64,000 nt of DNA, from assembly GCF_044704955.1 (NCBI RefSeq), contig NC_091977.1:384462001-384526000 (forward strand), read 5' to 3'. This DNA is from Pristiophorus japonicus (Eukaryota). Of the stretch, positions 1 through 11,827 are shown piece after piece. Under the pieces are notes generated by a model, which was given only the letters and a program-made list of their open reading frames with translations, was not told the DNA's origin and made no database searches. Numbering within the stretch: position 1 is the stretch's first letter; each line of letters starts with the position of its first letter. A program made the position numbers and the translations under genes.

Positions 1-2111
1 CGCATGGATGAACTACAACAATTGTACATTCCTGTCTGGCGTAAAAATAAAAAAGGGAAGGTGGCTCAACCGTGGCTATCAAGGGAAATCAGGGATAGTA
101 TTAAAGCCAAGGAAGTGGCATACAAATTGGCCAGAAATAGCAACGAACCCAGGGACTGGGAGAAATTTAGAACTCAGCAGAGGAGGACAAAGGGTTTGAA
201 TAGGGCAGGGAAAATGGAGTACGAGAAGAAGCTTGCAGGGAACATTAAGACGGATTGCAAAAGTTTCTATCGATATGTAAAGAGAAAAAGGTTAGTAAAG
301 ACAAACGTAGGTCCCCTGAAGTCAGAATCAGGGGAAGTCATAACGGGGAACAATGAAATGGCAGACCAATTGAACAAGTACTTTGGTTCGGTATTCACTA
401 AGGAGGACACAAACAACCTTCCGGATATAAAAGGGGTCAGAGGGTCTAGTAAGGAGGAGGAACTGATGGAAATCCTTATTAGTCGGAAAATTGTGTTGGG
501 GAAATTGATGGGATTGAAGGCCGATAAATCCCCAGGGCCTGATGGACTGCATCCCAGAGTACTTAAGGAGGTGGCCTTGAAAATAGCGGATGCATTGACA
601 GTCATTTTCCAACATTCCATTGACTCTGCATCATTTCCTATCGAGTGGAGGGTAGCCAATGTAACCCCACTTTTTAAAAAAGGAGGGAGAGAGAAAACAG
701 GGAATTATAGACTGGTCAGCCTGACCTCAGTAGTGGGTAAAATGATGGAATCAATTATTAAGAATGTCATAGCAGCGCATTTGGAAAGAGGTGACATGAT
801 CGGTCTAAGTCACCATGGATTTGTGAAAAGGAAATCATGCTTGACAAATCTTCTGGAATTTTTTGAGGAGTGGACAAGGGAGAACCAGTTGATGTGGTAT
901 ATTTGGACTTTCAGAAGGCTTTCGACAAGGTCCCACACAAGAGATTAATGTGCAAAGTTAAAGCACATGGGATTGGGGGTAGTGTGCTGACGTGGATTGA
1001 GAACTGGTTGTCAGACAGGAAGCAAAGAGTAGGAGTAAATGGGGACTTTTCAGAATGGCAGGCAGTGACTAGTGGGGTACCGCAAGGTTCTTTGCTGGGG
1101 CCCCAGCTGTTTACACTGTACATTAATGATTTAGACGAGGGGATTAAATGTAGTATCTCCAAATTTGCGGATGACACTAAGTTGGGTGGCAGTGTGAGCT
1201 GCGAGGAGGATGCTCTGAGGCTGCAGAGTGACTTGGATAGGTTAGGTGAGTGGGCAAATGCATGGCAGATGAAGTATAATGTGGATAAATGTGAGGTTAT
1301 CCACTTTGGTGGTAAAAACAGAGAGACAGTCTATTATCTAAATGGTGACAGATTAGGAAAAGGGGAGGTGCAACGAGACCTGGGTGTCATGGTACATCAG
1401 TCATTGATGGTTGGCATGCAGGTACAGCAGGCGGTTAAGAAAGCAAATGGCATATTGGCCTTCATAGCGAGGGGATTTGAGTTCAGGGGCAGGGAGGTGT
1501 TGCTACAGTTGTACAGGGCCTTGGTGAGGCCACACCTGGAGTATTGTGTACAGTTTTGGTCTCCTAACTTGAGGAAGGACATTCTTGCTATTGAGGGAGT
1601 GCAGCAAAGGTTCACCAGACTGATTCCCGGGATGATGGGACTGACCTATCAAGAAAGACTGGATCAACTGGGCTTGTATTCACTGGAGTTCAGAAGAATG
1701 AGAGGGGACCTCATAGAAACGTTTAAAATTCTGACTGGTTTAGACAGGTTAGATGCAGGAAGAATGTTCCCAATGTTGGGGAAGTCCAGAACCAGGGGTC
1801 CCAGTCTAAGGATAAGGGGTAAGCCATTTAGGACCGAGATGAGGAGAAACTTCTTCACCCAGAGAGTGGTGAACCTGTGGAATTCTCTACCACAGAAAGT
1901 TGTTGAGGCCAATTCAGTAAATATATTCAAAAGGGAGTTAGATGAAGTCCTTACTACTAGGGGGATCAAGGGGTATGGCGAGAAAGCAGGAAGGGGGTAC
2001 TGAAATTGCATGTTCAGCCATGAACTCATTGAATGGCGGTGCAGGCTAGAAGGGCCGAATGGCCTACTCCTGCACCTATTTTCTATGTTTCTATGTTTCT
2101 ATGTTTCTATG
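1..2111 (+). mobile_element. CR1 LINE, 3' ~2.1 kb (runs off window start), young subfamily
   Basis: ORF2 motifs KSPGPDG, QHGF-like, [25 protein letters not shown] and RPHLEYC. CR1 3' UTR ends in a (TTTCTATG)n tail at 2111. Confidence 0.97.
4..2003 (+). pseudogene. CR1 ORF2 reverse transcriptase, frameshifted
   Basis: ORFs 4-948 and 870-2003. A 13-bp deletion at ~868 relative to the sister copy at ~40280 (which retains TGTTTCCAGTAAA) shifts the frame. Confidence 0.93.
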
Positions 2112-2431
2112 AGCCTCCAATCCCATATACTCTTCAGCACGAAGAACACCTGCTTCCTCCTTCGTAACATCGTCCATCGGCCCCTCGCCTCTGCCCATCT
2201 GCTGCCGAAACCCTCACCCATGATTTTATCACTTCCAGACTCAAGTATTACAATGCTCTCCTAGCTGGATACTACTCTCATTCTCCATAAATATGTGCTT
2301 ATCCAAAACTCTTTTGCCCATATCCTTTCCCACACCAAGTCCTGCCTACCCATCACTCCAGTACTCGCTGACCCAGTTCTCCAATGCTGCAAATGTTAAA
2401 TTCTCATCAAGTTTAACTCCTTTTGCGGCCT

Positions 2432-3630
2432 AAGAACATAAGAATATAAGAAATAGGAGCAGGAGTGAGCCATTTGGCCCTTCGAGCCTAATCATGGCTG
2501 GTCTTCTACCTCAACACCTTCCCGTATTACCTCTATATCCCTTGATTCCCTTATTATTCAAAAATCTATTAATCGTTGTCTTGCATATACTCAACAACTG
2601 ATCATCCACAGCCCTCTGGGGTAGAGAATTGAAAAGATTCACAACCTTTGAGTGAAGAAACTTCTCCTCATCTCAGTCCTAAATGGCCAACCCCTTATTC
2701 TGAGACTGTGACCACTAGTTCAATACTCCACAGCCAGGAGAAACATCCTCTCTGCATTCACCCTGTCAAGCATCCTTAAGAATTTTATATGTTTCAGTGA
2801 GATCACCTTTCATTTTTCTGAATTCTAGAGAATATGGGTCTAGACAATTCAATCTCTCCTCATAGGACAATCCCTCCCCCTACCCCCCATCCCAGGAATC
2901 AGTCAAGTGAACCTTTGTTGCACTCCCTCTAAGGCAAGTATATCGTTCCTAACATAAGGAGACCAAGGGGCCATTTTGCGGGAGCCGGAGGCGCTAACTG
3001 GAGGTGCACAGCAGGGGAATTTCGACCTCCAAGACTGAACACAATACTCCAGGTGTGGTCTCATCAAGCCCTGTATAATTGCAGTAAGACTTCTTTACTC
3101 TTACACTCCAATCCTTTTGTAATAAAGACTAACCTACCATTTGCTTTCCTAATTGCTTGCTGTACCTGCATGTTAACTTTCAGTGATTCCTGTACTAGGA
3201 CACCCAGGTCCCTCTGAATACCAACATTTCACAATCTCTCACCATTTAAAAAGTATTCTGCTTTTCTATTTTTCCTACCAAAGTAGATGACTTCACATTT
3301 CTCTAAATTATATTCTACCTGCCATGTTCTTGCCCATTGACTTAGCCTGTCTATATCCCTTTGCAGCCACTTTGTATCCGCCTCACAACTTACTTTCCCA
3401 CCTAACTTTGTATCCAGCAAATGTGAATACATTACATTTGGTCCCCTCACCTAAGACATTGACATAGATTGTAAATAGCTGAGGGGATCAAGCACTGATC
3501 TTTGTGGCACCCCACTAGTTACAGCCTGCCAATCCGAAAATAACCCGTTTATTCCTACTCTCTGTTTTCTGTCCATTAACCATCCTCAAACCATGCTATT
3601 ATATTACCCCCAATCCCATGAGCCCTAATC
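2432..3630 (-). mobile_element. CR1 LINE 3' fragment (older subfamily)
   Basis: TAAGAACA-type tail at 2432. ORF 3229-3450 encodes DTKLGG...LQRDIDRLSQW...KCEVIYFG. Confidence 0.9.
2967..3029. mobile_element. 63-bp Harbinger-type mini-MITE inserted in CR1
   Basis: Interrupts the CR1 sequence GGAGACCAA|AACTG. Flanked by a 3-bp CAA duplication. Ends GGGGCC... and ...GGGGAATTTCGACCTC resemble the other Harbinger-type TIRs in the window. Confidence 0.6.
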
Positions 3631-3924
3631 CCTCAGAGGTAGGGAGGCACGATGCCTCATCCCTCCCTAGCTCTGTAATCTTCTCCAGCCCTACAACCCT
3701 TCAAGAACTCTGTGTTCCTCCAACTGTGACCTCTTCTGAATCCCTTAGTCCCTTTGCCACACCACTGGTGACACTGCCTTCAGCTGTCTAGGCTCTACGC
3801 TCTGCAATTCCTTCCCCAAATATCCGTGCCGACCCACCTCTCTCCTCCTTTAAAATCCTGCTTACAACCCAACTCTAACCAAGCTTTTTGTTACCCCTCT
3901 TAATATGTTTTTCTTCTTAGGAAC

Positions 3925-4200
3925 CGAGAATAACTTGCTTCCACACTAATATGAGTTCTCAGGTGACCGATGAGTCCAATGCAGGAACTACAATCTCAGT
4001 CACAGATGGGGCAGATGCTAGTTGAAGGGATGGGTGGGTGGGGTGCTTGGGTGCTTGGGTAGTTGTGCACTCCTTCCGCTGTTTGCGCTTGGCTTCCGCA
4101 TGCTCCCGGTGAAGAGACTCGAAGTGTTCACCGCATTCCCGGATGTTTCTCCTCCACTTTGAGTGGTCTTGGGCCAGGGATTCGCAAGAGTCAACATCAA
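3925..4200 (-). mobile_element. RTE-clade LINE 3' fragment
   Basis: ESLAQDHSKWRRNIRE peptide. Similar to the copies at 8271, 17940 and 51823. Confidence 0.8.
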
Positions 4201-4697
4201 TTTTTGTCTGGTTGCACTTCTGTGAAACACCTTGGCACACTTTTATATGTTTAAGGCTTATATAAATACAAATTGTTGTTCTTCAAAATTCTGGAGTGTC
4301 CACCTGCTTTAAGGTGCAGTTATGCTGTGTTGCTGCAAAGTTGTTTCCTCTTTGCAGTGACGCAAATGTCACAGAGTTGCATCCAGACCTGACTATCGTA
4401 GGGACCACTGCGAGATCCCCTGGAGGAGGATATCTTAAGTGAACTGAGTTTAACTCCAGTGCAGTGTCAGGTCTATTTGAAAAGATTCTTGCAGTGAACC
4501 TCATTGACACTTTATAAAGCTTGGCAGAGATTACTTAACTGTTTAGAGACCAAATGTTCTCAACATATTCAGGATTTACCAGCTGGGTAATAGAGCTCTG
4601 TCATGATTGTAAGCACACACCGACAGAGATGTCTTCTGGCCATAAGAGTTGAATTTTCAGCCAATCAGTATCAACAAGGAACTGCCAGCTGTGAATA

Positions 4698-5762
4698 AAC
4701 AACAACTTGTATTGATATAGCACCTTTAACATAGTAAAACATTCCAAGGCACTTCACAGGAGTATTATGAGATAAAAAATTTGACACCGAGCCGCATAAG
4801 GAGAAATTAGGGCAGCTGACCAAAAGCTTAGTCAAAAATGTAGGTTTTAAGGAGCGTCTTGAAGGAGGAAAGAGAGGTAAGAGAGACAGAGAGGTTTAGG
4901 CAGGGAGTTCCAGAGCTTAGGGCCTCGGCAACAGAAGGCACGGCCACCAATGTTTGAGCGATTTTAATTAGGGATGCTCAAGAGGGCAGAATTAGAGAAG
5001 TGCAGACATCTCGGGGGATGTGGGGCTGGAGGAGATTACAGAGATAGGGAGGGGCGAGGCCATGGAGGGATTTGAAAAGAAGGATGAGAATTTTGAAATC
5101 GAGACGTTGCTTAACTAGGAGCCAATGTAAGTCAGCGAGCATAGGGGTGATGGGTAAGCGGGACTTGGTGCAAGTTGGGACATGGGCAACCGAGTTTTGG
5201 ATCACCTCCAGTTTACATAGGGTAGAATGTGGGAGGCCAGCCAGGAGTGCGTTGGAATAGTCAAGTCTAGAGTTAACAAAAGGCATGGATAAGGGCTTCA
5301 GCAGTGGATGAGCTGAGGCAAGAGTGGAGGTGGGCGATGTTACGGAGGTTAAAGTAGGCAGTCTTGGTTATGCTGCAGTATGTGGTCGAAAGCTCATTTC
5401 ACGGTCAAATATGACACCCAGATTGCGAACAGTCTGGTTAAGCCTCAGACAGAAATTGGGGAGAGGGATGGAGTCAGTGGCTAGGGAACGGAGTATGTGG
5501 CAGAGACCGAACACTGGCTTCAGTCTTCCCAATATTCAATTGGAGAAAATTTCTGCTCGTCCAGAACTGGATGTCGGACAGACAGTCTGACAATTTAGAG
5601 GGCGTGGAGGGGTCAAGAGAAGTGGTATTGAGGTAGAGCTGGATGTCATTAGCATACATGTGGAAACTGACACTGTTTTTGGATGATGTCGCCAAGGGGC
5701 AACATGTAGATGAGAAAAAGGAGGGGGTCAAGGATAGATCCTTGGGGGACATCAGAAGGTAA
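4698..5762 (-). mobile_element. L2 LINE 3' ~1.06 kb
   Basis: (AAC)n tail at 4698. Peptides FHMYANDIQLYL (degenerate YADD), NFLQLNIGKTE, SRLDYSNALLAGLP and ITPMLADLHWL. Confidence 0.88.
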
Positions 5763-6162
5763 TGATGCAGTAGATACAACCGCGATCTACGGCCACACTG
5801 CAATTGGTGCTGTTCATTTGCTATTATCCCACTTTATAATGGTCATGCTGTCTTTCAAATGTGTTGGCTTCTTCCCTGTCACATTTGGGGATTCATTTTT
5901 ACCAGTTTTTCCCAGAAAGGATTTGGAAATGAGTTCCATTTAAGTGTTGCATTTGAAGTGAACGTGGGCTCGTGTTATCAGTCCACCTATGAAAGATTGG
6001 AGAAGTGCACACGAGGGTATATGTGAAACGCACATTATCTACTGCGGGTCACAAGTGTTACACTCCTGGGGTTGTGCTTTCATATAATTTACTATTGAAC
6101 ATTATGGCACACTCCTGAACATAAAATGTGGAAATCGCTTAAAATAGAACCGTAGAATTTTA

Positions 6163-6933
6163 GGGGCAAAATTTCCCTGCACCCCGATTGGGGGCGTAAC
6201 CTGCTGAGGGTGGGACTTCCTGCACCCACTGAAGAAGACCCGCCCCAGCCGCTGAATTGGGCTTACTGCCCCTCAAAGGAAGTGGAGAGCAATCTCGCGC
6301 ACGCCACTTCCTTTGGTGGCAGTTCCAGCGGTGCTAACGGGGCATGTTGTTCAACACTATGCGGATGCTCTGTGTAGTGCTGGCATGCTTCAACAACCCT
6401 CCCCTTCGCTTAACGGGGAAGGCCACTGTGCACTCTGCAAGGTCTCTGATGGCTGCCACTGGACCAGCAGGGCAGCGTGGTTTCGGGGCTGCAGCCCGAC
6501 ACCCAAAATGGAGTGCCGGGCTGCATGATGGCAGCCCCGACCAGGCTAGGGGGAACACCCTGAAGCCGACCATAGAGCCGACTGAACGTTAAAGATGGCG
6601 GCACGGGGCAATGGCAACCTCCCCTTTAACTTCCGCCCCACGTGTGGATGCTGGCCAGCTTCACAACCCACAAAGCTGCCATTGACACCCGCTCATGCCA
6701 GCCTCGCGAGACGCGGGGCAATATCCCCGCAGGGCAAAAGGCATCAGTGCGCGATGGTGAGGGGTCACCGCGCACGGCGATGACATCATTGCCGGTTGCA
6801 TGGCAGTCCGTGTCACTGCCCTGCCATGGCATCGCCTCTGCAAACGAAAAGCGTGAAAAAAAAGAGACAGAAAGCACATCGTTGTGAGCAAATGAAGCAA
6901 CAGGTGCTCTCAAAGAGGGGCAATTTCACCCCC
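6163..6933. mobile_element. Harbinger-type MITE
   Basis: GC-rich 770-bp island with imperfect TIRs GGGGCAAAATTTCCC / GGGGCAATTTCACCCCC, flanked by TTA / TAA. Confidence 0.75.
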
Positions 6934-7285
6934 TAAGAATCATGCAACACAAAAGGAGGCCATTCGATCCATCATGCCTGTGCCAGCTCTTAGAATCAGC
7001 TATCCAATTAGGCCCACTTCCTTGCCCTTCAGCCCTGCAAATGTTTTCCCTTCAAGTATTTATCCAATTCCCTTTTGAAAATTACTATCGAATCTGCTTC
7101 CACCGCCTTTTCAGACACTGCATTCCAGATCATAAAAACTAGCTGTGTAAAAAAATTCTCCCCATCTGCCCTCTGGTTCTTTTGCCCATTACCTTAAATC
7201 TGTGTCCTATGGCTAATGACCTTCTACCAGTGGAAACAGTTTCTCCCAAATTACTTTATCAAAACTCCTCATAATTTTGAAAATA
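6934..7285 (-). mobile_element. Old CR1 3' fragment
   Basis: GGAGGCCATTCG..CCCATC 3' UTR motif and degenerate ORF2 C-terminal sequence. Confidence 0.7.
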
Positions 7286-8270
7286 TAGGACTGACCAGCA
7301 CTTCTAGCCGCAGATGGGCGAGTGGGGGACAAAAATGGTAGGTGGGCTAAAATTGTTGTGTTCCCACACCCACAATAATAACTCTGGGGCTTTTGGGAAC
7401 TAGGGCCTCATTAATAGTGAAATATCAGAGTCTGACGATGTAATTCGGACCCATATGTATTTTTAACCTTGAGATGTGAGAATGATGCACACCGGCTTTG
7501 TAAATTGATGATTGCCATAAAACCAATGGAGGAAGCTGGCAGAGCTTGAATGGTAAGCAGAGCAGAGGGCAGCTGATGGAAATAGTTGAGGAAGAGACTT
7601 TCAGCACCACAATCAGCCTATCATTGCTGGACATGTCAGAGGTAGACAGGCAAAACCAATAGAAGAGAACAGCTTGAAAGATTCAAAGGCATAAGAAGTG
7701 GACAGCTATCCAAAGCAGCATGAGTATTGCAGACATGACAACTATTTGGGCCTCAGTAAGGAAAAGTGCATATTGGGGTCACACCTCATCAGGAATGCAA
7801 TCAGTGACCGTGAAAATGTCTGAAGCAGACCACAGCCATTTGGAAGTGAAAGTGACCAACACACTAAACTATCAGACATCAGCAGAAGACATCACAAGGG
7901 TAAACCAACATGAAATGTATTGCTGTATTACAGATGTAACAGATGTCCTATTTTATCACACATCTGTATGCGTAAAGTTCAATACAAGGATCCAACAGCA
8001 GCTGGACAGACTGCGATAATTATTTGAGATGGATGCAATTCCAACATACAAGGTGATATAACTGGGATTCATGCCTCTTATTAAGAGAAAAGATTCTTGC
8101 ACCATTAATATTCACATGGTATGCAATCATCAGCAAAGAGTTGCCTAAGTTAGTGTAGTTTTTTAGGGAGTGCTCAAAATGAACACATCTCAGTGCAATC
8201 AAGCATTCCCAACTGTGTGTTTCTCAACTTTTCGGCATGTAGGGATGAGAGATATGTGTTACCCATCTAT

Positions 8271-8795
8271 CATTATCATCATAGGCAGTCCCTCGAAATC
8301 GCGGAAGACTTCCTTCCATTCTAAAAGTGAGTTGTCGGGTGACTGTACAGCCCAATACGGGAATTACAGTCTCTGTCACAGGTGGGACAGACAGTGGTTG
8401 AAGGAAGGGGTGGGTGGGGAGTCTGGTTTTCCGCACGCTCCTTCCGCTGTCTGTGTTTGGTTTCCGCATGCTCTTGGCGACGAGACTCGAGGTGCGCAGC
8501 GCCCTCCCGGATGCTCCACTTAGGGTGGTCTTGGGCCAGGGATTCCCAGGTGCCGGTGGGGATGTTACACTTTTTCAAGGCGGCTTTGAGGGTATTCGAA
8601 GGCAGAGTCTCGGTTAAGGAGATCTTCGAAATGCTCTTTCCAGTGGGCCCCGACTGCCTCGGTATCCTTAATAAGTGCCTTTTCATTCTTGGTCAGCAGT
8701 GGGGTGGGGCCTTGGGTGCTGGGGCCATAGGTGGTCTTGACTACGATGAAGAATCCTTGCACGTCGTGGTTGTCAGTTCAGGGAAGAGAAACATA
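8271..8795 (-). mobile_element. RTE-clade LINE, internally deleted, with 34-bp TSD
   Basis: (CAT)n tail and TWESLAQDHPKW peptide, joined at ~8592 to upstream WKEHFEDLLNR sequence. Direct repeat at 8237-8270 and 8796-8829. Confidence 0.88.
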
Positions 8796-9089
8796 ATGTA
8801 GGGATGAGAGATATGGGTTACCCATCTATAAGCACTTGATGACACCTATACAGAACTTCACATTCTCAAAAAAGAGTCCTTGCAAGGCACTTCACAAGCA
8901 GAAATAGAAGCAAATTATTTTAAATCAATAATTCTGATGTTTGTACTGCTATGAGGTGCTTTACAGTAAAACACAGAGCATACTGAATAATTGTTGCATG
9001 CTGCACAATACTGCATTTCAAAATGATACAATGCATGCAGCAGAGGAGCAGCAAGAAACTCGAACTCAGGCAAGAGTTGGGAGGAGCAT

Positions 9090-9993
9090 TGTAAGTGATT
9101 TCTCTTAGGTGTTTTTGAAGCACCCCCACTTTACAATAGTTCTAACACTGTGAATTATTACTGTACAGAACAGATGAATTAGTCAGGGACGATGTACCTT
9201 GGTTCGAGTACCAGCAATGCTTTTATTAAAGTTAACGCACACACCTGCACCCAGTAAAACCACACACACCCTGGTGTGTAAAACAAACAAATGAAGTACA
9301 ATACACAGTGTGGCCTGTCTAAACAGGCCCCTAATGCGAAGTACCCACATCTAAAGCACCTCCCCTGTAAACCCCTAAGAATTTGTTTGGGAGAACTTAC
9401 GATATCCCTTCATACCATGGCCGTGATGTTAAAAGATGTGTGTGCAGAAATGATGCTCACCGATTCACAGGCTTATTCGCTGCTTCTTCTGATGAAAAGG
9501 TGTCTCTTCTGGTTTCTTCTTCTTGTAGGAGCGAAGCAGCGAGGCAAGAGAGAGAGCTGTGATCGACGCGGCATCTTTTGTATCCCAAGTTCATTTGCCT
9601 TTTCACGCTGAACAAAGTTTGTTTCGAGAGCTTCCTGTGGGTGTGACTTCTGCTTTTAGCTCAATAAAGTTTCTTCCTTTGTTTCGAGGTTTCCTGTTTT
9701 TCCAGTGATGGGTTTCACTTCCGAGCAGTCTGGGCTTAATGGCTTTCTATTGTTCTGGTATCTCATCCATGTAATGGCTCGATCAGTTCACTTGACGAGT
9801 TCACATTGCTTAACAAAACACAGTCCATTTGCTCATCACCTGCGATGAATTGCCTTAGCTTGGCCATTGTCTTCCCAGAACCCCTGCCCATCATTCTCAG
9901 TCCAACATGGAGCAGCACCCGGGCCCCTCCCACAAACTGCTTCCAGTTTTTTCTGCGGTGAGAAAAATATTAAAACACAAATCGATGCTTACA
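9090..9993 (-). mobile_element. Solo LTR (LTR retrotransposon or ERV)
   Basis: TGTAAG...CTTACA termini, 4-bp TSD GCAT, and AATAAA on the minus strand at ~9225. Related to 57943-59071. Confidence 0.85.
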
Positions 9994-10207
9994 GCATTAA
10001 TCTTCTGTAGCAGAAAAGCCAACAATCAAAGTTGAACAATGCTTCAGGCAAACATCCAAGATTTTTATTATAACAGGTATGAAGCCTAGTGATTATGTTA
10101 CTGGACAAGCAACCCACAGGTCATGAGTTCAAATCTCACCATGACAAGTTGTGAAATTGAATTCAATAAATCTGGTCATTTGCAGGCTAGCAAATGGAAA
10201 ATGACAA

Positions 10208-11247
10208 TGATCCTAGCCCAATGGCTAGATGGACAGTTCGAATCGCCCCTGCCTTATGAGAATTCTATACCTGGGCATTATTATTCAGAGTGTAAATGGA
10301 ATAAGTCACAGACAGTAATGCTTCGGTGAAAAATTGCACTTATTTATTTGGTCTAACATACACTGTTTAAAACATGCATTACTAAACAAAATCACTATCT
10401 CTGTGGAGAATAAGATCCAGGTTAAAACAACATACAGTACAACACTGAGGACCGGTGACATGCAGTAATTTCCTTATTGCTATGGTGGAGTCTAACTCCC
10501 CCCTACCAGCAAATTACCCAGTCACATGAAGCTCCCTCCCCAGAATAGCCTGAAAAAAAGCTTCACTTCCAAGAAAACTCTGAGTCCTTTACACCCCACA
10601 CAGCTCACCTGGCACTCTGGTTATCGGCTTGGGACACTCGCGACCATGCTCAACAATTGGTCTCGATCGCTCAGCTGGTCCTACTTCTTGTCACGTCGGT
10701 CTTGGTGGAGCGAAAGAGAGAGGGGAAACGCTCGAACACTGGAGAATGCCCCAGAATGCTAGTGGAAAAGAGTCTATCTTTAAAGGAGTCCTGCTGCCGT
10801 TATCTCTCCCGCCAATCTTTGAAATCCTTTTGTTTCTAAATACTCCGGTGCTTAGTCGGTGATGGGCCATCAGACCCATGTGTATTGGACTGATGGCCCT
10901 GGGTCTGGGACATCTCTCGGCTTTTGTGTAGGGAAGAACTGGCCCCTCTTGGTCTGGCCAGGCTAGTGGGTCTCCTTTGTTCTGAGATGGAGGTGAGAAG
11001 CGCCTTTGCATATTAGAGTGGTTTCCAATAGTTTATGCATGCCTCAGATATCTGAGTCCCTTTCCCTTTGCTAGGGCGAACCTGTACATCCTATAGAACC
11101 TATACAGTTCTTTGTCACAGCCAACTGCCATGCGGTCTCTCTGCACAGGGTGATCCCATCACAGGGAAAAATACACTCAGAAAAATCCCATATAATCCAC
11201 AAAATATTCTCGACTGAGTCCATTCTTTAAACTTTGCGATCTCTTCA
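10208..11247 (-). mobile_element. Probable solo LTR
   Basis: TGA...TCA termini with an imperfect 4-bp flank (ACAA/ACAT). Interrupts the SINE head. Shares GAATCRCCCC...CCTGGG.ATTA..TTTATT organisation with the other LTRs. Confidence 0.6.
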
Positions 11248-11827
11248 ACATGAACGCTGGCGATTGTTGTAAGCAACTCAACTGGCTTACTAATATCATG
11301 GAATATATGGTTCACTTTTAATGCTCTCTTATGTGGTCATTCAGTTGTAAAGAAACCACTACAAAACAGAGCAAGAGAAATATCAGACAAACCTATTTGC
11401 AATGATATAGGCATTGAATTAGTACAAGACCTAGGCAATCCCAGCCCAGTTGACCCACCTCAGCAACATCTGGTGCCCAAGTTGGGGTGAGCTGTCCCAC
11501 AGATTAGCCAAGCAAAAATCATAATCATACTCATGTGGGGCTAAAATTCAGGTCCACCCGAAATGGGGCACAACTTCCGCTTTTTGGCCTCCATTACTGC
11601 CGCAATTTTTGAGTCGGGAATCTGACTTAAATTCAGGTATTTTTGAAAAGAATGGCGCCCAGCGGTATTGGCTGGCAGGAATTGGGTGGGGAGATTTGAG
11701 CAGCATTTCCACGGGGAAATTCGCCTTCTGCTCATGAGCCCTTAACGAGCCAGCTGCTCCCTGGCCTTCTTAAAGGTCAGGGTTTGCAGCTAGGCCCTGA
11801 GCAGGGAAGGAGTTTGACTGGAGGACA

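Larger units (their letters stand above)
2112..4282 (+). mobile_element. Old L2 LINE 3' remnant, split by CR1 (2432-3630) and RTE (3925-4200) insertions
   Basis: Segments 2112-2430, 3650-3915 and 4205-4282 resemble the L2 at 4698-5762 in the opposite orientation (SRLDY-NALLAG-like coding). Ends in a TTGTTGTT tail. Confidence 0.7.

Noticed and set aside
4345-4442. Host exon after acceptor-like TTTCCTCTTTGCAG
   Set aside because: Short frame ending in a stop, with no recognisable peptide and no partner exons.
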